From IMG/VR virus record IMGVR_UViG_3300037408_000147, positions 1 through 31,662 of that record: 31,662 nt of DNA, one strand, 5' to 3'. This DNA is from a virus (lineage: Duplodnaviria; Caudoviricetes). Shown piece by piece: positions 1 through 7,085 of this stretch. Every line of letters begins with the position of its first letter. Within the stretch, counting starts at the first letter, position 1. A program made the position numbers and the translations under genes. The notes under the pieces are model-generated. The model was given only the letters and a program-made list of their open reading frames with translations. It did no database searches and was not told where the DNA came from.

Positions 1-1197
1 GAACGGGTCCTTGCCGAGTCCGGCCTCGCCGATCGCGTCAGCGTCGTCACCGTCCAGGGTCTGCTCTCCTCCGGCAACCGCCCCGAGGCCGATCTCCTCG
101 TCTGGGACGAGGTCCACCACGCCGCCGCAGAGCTCTGGTCCGGTATCCTCGACGCATACCCCGCCACCCCGCGCGTCGGCGCCACCGCCACCCCAGAACG
201 CCGCGACGGCGTGGCTCTCGGCGGACTGTTCGGCCACCTCGTCGTCGCCGCCAGCTACTCGGAACTCATCGCGGACGGACACCTCGTCCCGTGCCGCGTG
301 ATCCGCCCCGACGGCCGCCTCTCAGGCGGTATCGCTGCCGATCCCGTCGACGCCTACCTCGAGCACACCCCGAACGCGGCCGGATTCGCCTACTGCCCGA
401 CGATCGCCGACGCCCGCAACCTTGCCGAACGATTCAGCGACGCGGGAGTCCCGGCCGCCTGCGTCGATGCGGACACACCTACGGACGAACGGACAGCCGC
501 CGTGGCCGGCCTGGCCGACGGATCTCTTCGCCTGCTCACGAACGTCTACGCGCTCACCGAAGGCGTGGACGTTCCGCACGCATCGGTCTGCCTCCTCGCG
601 CGTAACACCACCCACGTCGGCCCGTACCTCCAGATGGTCGGACGGGTGCTGCGTGCTCACCCGAGCAAGTCCGAAGCAACCCTCCTCGACCTGGCCGGTG
701 TCAGCCACGAGTTCGGCTTCCCGACCGACGACCGCACCTACTCGCTCGACGGCCGCGGGATCTCGATTGCCGCGCCCACCGTGACGACGTGTCCCAATTG
801 CGGTGCGTCGTACGAATCCGGCCCCGACGCCTGTCCCGCGTGCGGATTCGTCCGCCCGTCGCAGGACTGGGAGCCGGTGCGGATCTACAACGCGGCACTC
901 GCCGTCGCCTACAAGGGCGCAGCAACCGACTCGTCGCTCAAGCAGGCCGAGTACTTGCGCCTACGCGACCTTGCCCGAGCGAAGGGCTGGTCTGTCGGCT
1001 GGGTGGTGCGCGAGTACCGGAAGCTCTTCGGTACGACCCCCGACCTGTCCGATGTCCGCCTCGCCGACCGGTACGCCGAGTACTGCCGGATGCGCGATTT
1101 CGCCGCCGAGCGCGGCTGGAAGTCCGGGTACGCCGCGGCCCGTTACCGCGACCTGTTCGGCCAGTGGCCTCCCTGGGAGTGGCGCAATGCAGCGTGA
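1..1197 (+). CDS. Superfamily 2 (DEAD/DEAH-like) phage DNA helicase with C-terminal Zn ribbon, 5'-truncated
   Basis: Frame is open from base 1 (ERVLAESG...). Motif II LLVWDEVHH, motif III GATATP, motif V LTEGVDVP, motif VI QMVGRVLR, Zn ribbon CPNC-x10-CPAC. Confidence 0.92.
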   Translation, partial: ERVLAESGLADRVSVVTVQGLLSSGNRPEADLLVWDEVHHAAAELWSGILDAYPATPRVGATATPERRDGVALGGLFGHLVVAASYSELIADGHLVPCRVIRPDGRLSGGIAADPVDAYLEHTPNAAGFAYCPTIADARNLAERFSDAGVPAACVDADTPTDERTAAVAGLADGSLRLLTNVYALTEGVDVPHASVCLLARNTTHVGPYLQMVGRVLRAHPSKSEATLLDLAGVSHEFGFPTDDRTYSLDGRGISIAAPTVTTCPNCGASYESGPDACPACGFVRPSQDWEPVRIYNAALAVAYKGAATDSSLKQAEYLRLRDLARAKGWSVGWVVREYRKLFGTTPDLSDVRLADRYAEYCRMRDFAAERGWKSGYAAARYRDLFGQWPPWEWRNAA

Positions 1198-1525
1198 GAC
1201 TCACCTCCAGCAGGCAATACGCCTCGCACTCGGCCGCGAACCGGACCTCGTGCTCTGGCGCAACTCGGGCGGCGTCGCCACCCACGAACAGTCAGGCACC
1301 ACCCAACGATTCGGCCTCTGCCGCGGCGCTGCCGATCTCGTCGGCGTCGGCCCGAGAGGCAAGTTCTTCGCGCTGGAGGTCAAAACCCCGCGCGGCCGGC
1401 TGTCCTACGAACAGTCCATGTTTCTCGACCTGGTGCGCTGGCGTGGCGGTTTCGCGGCCGTAGTCCGCTCCGTCGACGAGGCTCGTGCAGCCCTCGACCG
1501 CGCAAGGAGGGGAGAATGCGAGTGA
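1187..1525 (+). CDS. VRR-NUC family PD-(D/E)xK nuclease (112 aa)
   Basis: ATG 1187 after GGGAG. LWRN...GLCRGAADL...FFALEVKTPRGRLSYEQ...GGFAAVVRS is the VRR-NUC pattern, located between helicase and primase. Confidence 0.9.
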   Translation: MQRETHLQQAIRLALGREPDLVLWRNSGGVATHEQSGTTQRFGLCRGAADLVGVGPRGKFFALEVKTPRGRLSYEQSMFLDLVRWRGGFAAVVRSVDEARAALDRARRGECE

Positions 1526-3507
1526 ACCCCCAGGGCTCACCGTGCCTCGACGCCGCCCTCGAGTACGCACTCCAGGGCTGGCGCGTGTTCCCGATCCGTC
1601 CGGGGACCAAAATGCCGGCCTGCGATCACGGCGTGAAAGACGCAACGGCAATCGCCGACCGCATCCGCGCGCTGTGGGCGAAGTGCCCCGACGCCAGCGT
1701 CGCAATCGCCGGCGGCGGTCCCGCTCGCCTCGTCGTGATCGACGTGGACGGCGACCGCGGACGGCAGTCGATCGCAGCGCTGGAGACGGAAATCGGAACT
1801 CTCCCGCTCACCGCGATGGTGCGTACCCCGCGCGGCGGCTGGCACCTGTACTTTTTCTTCCCGGCGTCGCTCGACATCTCGCGCGTGAAGAACAGCGTCG
1901 GGAAGATCGCCCCGAAGGTCGACGTCCGCGCCGTCGGTGGCTACGTCGTCGCACCGCCCACCCCCGGCTACGAGTGGATCTCAACCGAACCGGTCGCCGA
2001 GCTTCCGGTGGCCTGGGCCGAGCGGCTGCTTCCGCGCGGCGGATACGCCGACGCCGCACTGAAAGACGCCGAGACGAAGGTGCGTCAGGCGGCCGAAGGC
2101 GAGCGCAACGACACGCTGAACCGCGAGGCGTTCTCTCTCGGCGGTCTCGTCGCGGCCGGCACGCTCTCCGAGTACGTCGTCCGCGAGGTGCTGATCTCGG
2201 CGGCGGTCGCCGCCGGATTGCCGGAAGCGGAAGCGCGACGAACCGTCGACAGCGGACTGCGCGCCGGGATGCAACACCCACGGGAGGCCGCTGGCGGTGC
2301 CGCGCAACCTGCCGACAACGACCCCGACTGGAAAGCGTCCCTGCGATTCAACACGCGCGGGGCGCTATCGAAGGACGCCTCGAACGCTCTCATCCTGCTC
2401 GTCAACCACGAGGCGTGGAAAGGCTGCCTCGGCTATTCCGCGTTCTCGGACCGCATTCACTGGGTGAAGGACCCGCCGCTCGTGAACGGCGTCACCGGTC
2501 CTGCCGCCGGCGACGAGCTGTCCGAACATCACGCCGGTTACGTGCAACTCGCACTCGCCGCACTGCACGGCGTGTCCTTCGCGCGTGGGACGGTGTTCGA
2601 CGCGATGGCAGACGCGGCCCGCGAGAACACACGCCACGAGCTGCGCGAGTACCTCGACGACCTCCGCTGGGACGGGACGCCACGAGCCGACGTGTTCCTC
2701 AGCGCGTACCTCGGTGCCGACGACACCGAGTACACCCGCAAGGTTTCCGTATGGTGGCTCGTCGGTGCTGTGGCGCGCGCCTACCGTCCCGGCTGTCAGT
2801 GCGACCACGTCCTCGTGTTGTCGGGCACGCAAGGCGCCGGGAAGAGCTCGGCCGTACGCATCCTGGCCGGGGAATGGTATCTCGGGTCTCTGCCGGATCT
2901 CCGCGAAAAGGACGCCGTCCAAGTCCTCCAGGGACGCTGGCTCGTCGAGCTCGGCGAGCTGGACGCGCTGCGCGGTGCCGCAGGAACCCGCGTCAAGGAT
3001 TTCCTGACGCAGTCTGTGGACGTTTACCGACCCAGCTACGGCCGGCTCGCGGTCCGCCGCCCCCGGCAGTGCTCGTTCATCGGAACGACGAACGAAGAGC
3101 ACTACCTCCAGGACGGCACCGGCGCCCGGCGGTTCTGGCCGGTGCCCGTGCGGAAGCTGAACCGAGCCGCGCTGATTCGCGACAGGGACCAAATCTGGGC
3201 CGAGGCGGTGATGCTGTTCCAGGACGGCCAGCGATGGTGGCCTGATCACGACGACGCAGAGATGCTTGAGGACCAGCAGGAAGCGCACTACGTCGGCGAC
3301 GCCTGGGAGCCGGTGATCGCCAGGTGGGCCGTAGGACGCGCTCCATTCACCGTCGGTGAGGTGCTCGAAGGTGCGCTCGAACTCGATCCAGAGCGCTGGG
3401 ATCGGTCGTCACAGATCCGAGTCGGGGTGATTTTGCGGCGTCTCGGATTTCAGTACCGCCGAACAAGCAATAGCGGTGCCAAGGTGAGGGTCTACGAACG
3501 TGCGTGA
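1516..3507 (+). CDS. Bifunctional primase/polymerase (prim-pol) fused to VapE-family helicase
   Basis: AGGAGG RBS. Prim-pol motifs GWRVFP, VVIDVD, TPRGGWHLYF, DVRAVGGYVVAPP; PriCT-like GERNDTLN; VapE-type WDGTPR, Walker A GTQGAGKS, Walker B LVELGE, YRPSYGR, FIGTTN, GARRFWP. Confidence 0.92.
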   Translation: MRVNPQGSPCLDAALEYALQGWRVFPIRPGTKMPACDHGVKDATAIADRIRALWAKCPDASVAIAGGGPARLVVIDVDGDRGRQSIAALETEIGTLPLTAMVRTPRGGWHLYFFFPASLDISRVKNSVGKIAPKVDVRAVGGYVVAPPTPGYEWISTEPVAELPVAWAERLLPRGGYADAALKDAETKVRQAAEGERNDTLNREAFSLGGLVAAGTLSEYVVREVLISAAVAAGLPEAEARRTVDSGLRAGMQHPREAAGGAAQPADNDPDWKASLRFNTRGALSKDASNALILLVNHEAWKGCLGYSAFSDRIHWVKDPPLVNGVTGPAAGDELSEHHAGYVQLALAALHGVSFARGTVFDAMADAARENTRHELREYLDDLRWDGTPRADVFLSAYLGADDTEYTRKVSVWWLVGAVARAYRPGCQCDHVLVLSGTQGAGKSSAVRILAGEWYLGSLPDLREKDAVQVLQGRWLVELGELDALRGAAGTRVKDFLTQSVDVYRPSYGRLAVRRPRQCSFIGTTNEEHYLQDGTGARRFWPVPVRKLNRAALIRDRDQIWAEAVMLFQDGQRWWPDHDDAEMLEDQQEAHYVGDAWEPVIARWAVGRAPFTVGEVLEGALELDPERWDRSSQIRVGVILRRLGFQYRRTSNSGAKVRVYERA

Positions 3508-3513
3508 TCCGGC

Positions 3514-3800
3514 GGACCGAGTGGACCGAGTGGACCACCTCGGTCGAAAACATGGTCCACTCAGAAAGCCTTGCGGCACATGGCGTAGGACCATGTGGAC
3601 CGAGTGGACCGAGTTTTCCCGTGCGCGCACGCGCACGCACGCGAGGGCCCTAAATCTCTTCTTCGCGCGTAGAATCATGTCAAAACATGGTCCACATGGT
3701 CCTAACCGTTGCGAGACAACGACTTGCAGGTGGACCATGTTGAAAACAACTCGGTCCGAACATGGTCCACATGGTCCTAACCCTTGCGAGACAACGACTT
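3514..3800. repeat. Iteron-like direct/inverted repeat array, probable replication origin
   Basis: Thirteen GGACC/GGTCC cores: GGACC at 3514, 3523, 3532, 3588, 3597, 3606, 3732 and GGTCC at 3554, 3689, 3698, 3753, 3764, 3773, mostly at 9-bp period. A 42-bp direct repeat at 3684-3725 and 3759-3800 (1 mismatch). Lies directly after the primase-helicase stop. Confidence 0.75.
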
Positions 3801-3828
3801 CAAAAACGGCGACCTACAAGTTTACTAT
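3799..3828 (+). promoter_or_regulatory. Possible sigma-70-type promoter (TTCAAA-N18-TACTAT)
   Basis: -35/-10-like hexamers in an AT-rich patch upstream of the 3962 ORF; sequence resemblance only. Confidence 0.3.
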
Positions 3829-3961
3829 ACAGCCAAAAACGCGACCACTCAGGACGCCGTGTAACGGCCGCGAAACGGCGCGCTTAGGGTTGGCTATGTA
3901 CCGCGGCCGAAAAACCCGGCAGGCGCCAACGTGGCGCGAATGCGCCGCTTTTGGGGAGGGT

Positions 3962-4219
3962 ATGACGAAGGGGCAGAAACGGTCCGTCAACGCCGAGATG
4001 TTCCTCGACGGTATCCCGAGTCGCGAAGTCGGCGCCGAACTCGGCATCACACACGCCAGGGTCGACCAGCTCGCGCAACAGTCGCTCCGACTCCTCTGGC
4101 GAGCTCCAACCATCGGCCGCCTTCTCGACCTGACCCCAGCCGAAGTCGTCATGGTCTGGCGTCGCTCCCGCGCCGTTCGTGACGCCTACTCGATCCTCAG
4201 CAGGATAGAACGCCGATGA
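3962..4219 (+). CDS. Small sigma-70 region 4-like helix-turn-helix protein (85 aa)
   Basis: GGGGAGGG RBS before ATG 3962. SREVGAELGITHARVDQLAQQSLRLL resembles sigma region 4.2 (EIG..LGISRERVRQIE..ALRKL). Confidence 0.65.
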   Translation: MTKGQKRSVNAEMFLDGIPSREVGAELGITHARVDQLAQQSLRLLWRAPTIGRLLDLTPAEVVMVWRRSRAVRDAYSILSRIERR

Positions 4220-4383
4220 CCCCCAGAAAACGCCGCGTAATCCTCACCATCGAAATCGAGACCACCGCGCCGATTCGGGAACTGCGCCGGCCAGGCGCTC
4301 TGGCGCTGTCCCTTCGTGGTCACGGCGACCCGCCGCCGCTGCTCGTCGTCCAGGTGCAGGCCAACACGGTGCAGCCGTCGTGA
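4216..4383 (+). CDS. Hypothetical protein (55 aa, MTPRKRRVILTIEIETT...), below the ORF-track cutoff
   Basis: Translated by hand. ATGA overlap with the upstream stop and GTGA overlap with the downstream start. Confidence 0.6.
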   Translation: MTPRKRRVILTIEIETTAPIRELRRPGALALSLRGHGDPPPLLVVQVQANTVQPS

Positions 4384-4844
4384 CACGCCGTGCCGCTATC
4401 CTGGGCGCCGCGACCGCCGCCGCCAGTGCCTGGCTCTGGTACGCAGCGCCGGACACCCCACCGACGGCCGTTACCGACGAACACGGCAGGTACACGCTGA
4501 CCGTGCCAAATCCGCCGGGGTGCGAGGACTCGACGCTCACGCTGACCTACCCGCCGGCCGGCCGGGCCGTGTCGTCGCTTGACGCCGCATACATCCTCGA
4601 CGCCGCGGTCGGGAACCGCGAGGTCGACGCGCGGGCCTGCGACGTGACCGGCGACGGTACGTGCTCGGCCGCCGACGCCGCGGCAGTGCTGGCCTACCAG
4701 GTCGGCCGCGAGGGCGCGTATTCGACGGGCGAGTGGCGTCCGACCGAGGTGCCGGTGACGCTGTGCCCGGGACAGGCAACCACGGCCGACGTCACCGCGT
4801 ACGTGCTGGGCGACGTCACGGCGAACTGGGGGCCGGAACCGTGA
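4380..4844 (+). CDS. Exported protein with dockerin-like (EF-hand-type Ca-binding) domain
   Basis: N-terminal TRRAAILGAATAAASAWLWYAA signal/anchor. Repeat pair VSSLDAAYILDAAVG and CDVTGDGTCSAADAAAVLAYQVG; C-terminal LGDVTANW. Confidence 0.7.
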   Translation: MTRRAAILGAATAAASAWLWYAAPDTPPTAVTDEHGRYTLTVPNPPGCEDSTLTLTYPPAGRAVSSLDAAYILDAAVGNREVDARACDVTGDGTCSAADAAAVLAYQVGREGAYSTGEWRPTEVPVTLCPGQATTADVTAYVLGDVTANWGPEP

Positions 4845-5059
4845 AGCGAGTCTGCAAAGTCTGCGGCGAGACCGAAGAGAACCACCATGAGCCGGAGTGG
4901 TTAGAGATTCCCGACGGTTGCGTCTGCGAGTGGCGCGAATGGGACTGGGATCGCTTCGATGCTTTGCCTTCGCCGTGCGCCGAATACAAGAGCGACGGGT
5001 ACGGACTCTGCCGGGTGTGCGAGCATCAGCCAGAATGCCATCGAGGGGCCAAGCCGTGA
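4841..5059 (+). CDS. Small Cys/His-rich putative metal-binding protein (72 aa)
   Basis: GTGA overlaps at both ends. CKVC-x6-HH, CVC and CRVC-x5-CH. Confidence 0.6.
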   Translation: MKRVCKVCGETEENHHEPEWLEIPDGCVCEWREWDWDRFDALPSPCAEYKSDGYGLCRVCEHQPECHRGAKP

Positions 5060-5274
5060 ATCCGTCGAAATGGACCCACAACGAAGCCGGCTGGTACACT
5101 CACCCGCAACTCGGCGGAATTTGCTGGGAGGAAGCGCGACCGACGCCGACTCGCACGCTGCGCCGCGGCTGGTACTGGTGGCCGACGGGCGACGGCAATC
5201 CCGTCGGACCGTTCCGCACCGCTCGTGCTGCTATAGAGACTGCATCACACGCTCTCGGTGCTACAGGTAAGTAA
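5056..5274 (+). CDS. Trp-rich hypothetical protein (72 aa)
   Basis: GTGA overlap at start, TAATG overlap with terS. Contains GWYWW...PVGPFRTARAA. Confidence 0.6.
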   Translation: MNPSKWTHNEAGWYTHPQLGGICWEEARPTPTRTLRRGWYWWPTGDGNPVGPFRTARAAIETASHALGATGK

Positions 5275-5609
5275 TGGGCCGCCCACTCAAGAAGATCGAC
5301 CCGGAACAAGTACGGCGTCTCGCCATGATTCAATGCACGCTCGCGGAGATGTGTGCAGTCCTCGACTGTGATGAAAACTTGCTCATCCGCCGTTTCGGGA
5401 AAGTCATTCAAAAGGGCAAGGAATCAGGCAAAGCCTCCGTCCGTCGGATGCAGTACAAGGCCGCACAAGATGGCAACGTCGCCATGCTCATCTGGCTAGG
5501 CAAAATGCTACTCGGTCAAAAAGAATCCATCAATCAACAGCTCACCGACGGAGAGGGTAAGCCTCTTCGTTACGTGATAGCCGTTCCCGAGGGTACGGCC
5601 GACGAATGA
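5274..5609 (+). CDS. terS: Terminase small subunit
   Basis: MGRP start, N-terminal HTH, GNVAMLIWLGKMLLGQKE motif; immediately precedes and overlaps the large terminase. Confidence 0.85.
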   Translation: MGRPLKKIDPEQVRRLAMIQCTLAEMCAVLDCDENLLIRRFGKVIQKGKESGKASVRRMQYKAAQDGNVAMLIWLGKMLLGQKESINQQLTDGEGKPLRYVIAVPEGTADE

Positions 5610-7084
5610 GTGCCGCCGCCGTCCAGCTTCCCGAGGGCGTAGCAATCGGGTGGCGTCCGCACGACGGGCCACAGGCGCGATTCTTACGCTCGCGGGTGCA
5701 TGACGTTTTCTTCGGCGGCGCTCGCGGTGGCGGGAAGTCCGCTGGTCTCCTCGGTGACTGGCTCGTCCATGCAGACCCTCACGGTAAACACGCCCGCGGC
5801 ATACTGATTCGCAAGAGCTACCCGGAGCTCGAAGAACTCGAACAACAGGCGCTCGGAATGTTCCCGCGCTTCGGCGCATACTACATGCAGTCGAAGAAGC
5901 TCTGGCTTCACCCGTCAGGCTGGCAACTTCGCCTCCGTTACCTCGAGGCCGAGTCTGATGCTGCGAAGTATCAGGGGCATCAGTACACGTGGATCGGAGT
6001 CGACGAGCTGACTGCGTGGCCGTCTCTGCGCGGTCTCGATTCCCTGCGCGCGTGCCTGCGGTCTGCCCACGGCGTGCCGACGGTTTTCCGTGCGACTGGC
6101 AATCCGGGCGGACCCGGCCACAACCTGGTCAAGCGGAGGTACATCGACCCTGCGCCGCCGAACACGCCGTTCACTGCGTGCGGGCAGTGCGACGTCCGAT
6201 ACCACGGCGACACTCAGCCCGCGTGCTCGTGCGAACCACCGTCTCGTGTCCGGCGCGTCTACTACCCGTCGCGCCTAGAGCACAATCCGTCCCTGGCCTC
6301 CGATCCTCACTACTGGGAGCGCGTCGTGGCCGCAGCGGCTGGCAACGCGGGGCTCATCAAGGCGTGGCGAGAGGGACTCTGGGACATCGTCGCGGGCGGT
6401 TACTTCGACGACCTGTGGGACCCGTCGCGCCACGTTGTGGCGCCGTTCTCCGTGCCTGCCGGCTGGCAGGTTGACCGCTGCTTCGACTGGGGCTCGTCGG
6501 CGCCGTACGCCGTGCTGTGGTGTGCAGAGAGCAACGGCGAAGACGTCACGCTGCCAAACGGCACGCGCCGATCGTTTCCGCGCGGCACCATCTTCATTGT
6601 CGCGGAGCAGTACGGCTGGTCGGGGCGACCGAATGAAGGCGTGCGGCTCAGCAACACGGAGATGGCTCGCCGCATCCTCGACCAGGAGCGTGCGCTCGGG
6701 TGGGGACTCGCCGGGCGCGTGCAAGCCGGACCGGCCGATTCGGCGATCTTTGCCGTCATGAACGGCACTTCTATCGCTGCCGAAATGGCAGGCGCCGGTC
6801 TTCGTTGGACCGAGAGTAGCAAAGGCGGCGGATCGCGAATCGCCGGCTGGACTGCGATTCGCACCAGGCTCGCCGCGGCGCTGAAGCATCCACCCGAAGA
6901 GCCTGGCCTCTTCGTGTGGGACACGTGCCGCGAGCTGATCCGCACGCTGCCGACACTTTCTCGCGACCCGAAGCGCCCCGACGACGTCGACACGGGGGCT
7001 GAAGACCACTGCGGAGACGCTCTCCGCTATCGACTGACTTCCGAACAGCGCCGTTTCGGCGAGAGCGGCCTATGGGGGATCTGA
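5606..7084 (+). CDS. terL: Terminase large subunit
   Basis: Walker A GGARGGGKS, Walker B WIGVDE preceded by YQG, coupling motif ATGNPGG, nuclease motifs FDWG, ADSAIF and EDHCGDALRY. Confidence 0.96.
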   Translation: MSAAAVQLPEGVAIGWRPHDGPQARFLRSRVHDVFFGGARGGGKSAGLLGDWLVHADPHGKHARGILIRKSYPELEELEQQALGMFPRFGAYYMQSKKLWLHPSGWQLRLRYLEAESDAAKYQGHQYTWIGVDELTAWPSLRGLDSLRACLRSAHGVPTVFRATGNPGGPGHNLVKRRYIDPAPPNTPFTACGQCDVRYHGDTQPACSCEPPSRVRRVYYPSRLEHNPSLASDPHYWERVVAAAAGNAGLIKAWREGLWDIVAGGYFDDLWDPSRHVVAPFSVPAGWQVDRCFDWGSSAPYAVLWCAESNGEDVTLPNGTRRSFPRGTIFIVAEQYGWSGRPNEGVRLSNTEMARRILDQERALGWGLAGRVQAGPADSAIFAVMNGTSIAAEMAGAGLRWTESSKGGGSRIAGWTAIRTRLAAALKHPPEEPGLFVWDTCRELIRTLPTLSRDPKRPDDVDTGAEDHCGDALRYRLTSEQRRFGESGLWGI

Positions 7085-7085
7085 A

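Noticed and set aside
3514-3800. CRISPR array or mini-array
   Set aside because: Units are 9-bp cores in both orientations, and the 42-bp repeat has only two copies. There is no regular repeat-spacer series and no cas gene.
3500-3961. N-terminal 154 aa of the 239-aa ORF 3500-4219 (with HGPHGPN repeats)
   Set aside because: The peptide repeats simply mirror the DNA iterons, which occur on both strands. A strong SD precedes ATG 3962.
4841-5059. c-type cytochrome
   Set aside because: Motifs are CxxCG and CxxCEH rather than CxxCH, and there is no export signal.
5606-7084. Intein or intron in the terminase
   Set aside because: Length is normal (492 aa), with no intein terminal motifs or homing endonuclease. 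The Cys-rich insert is under 20 aa.
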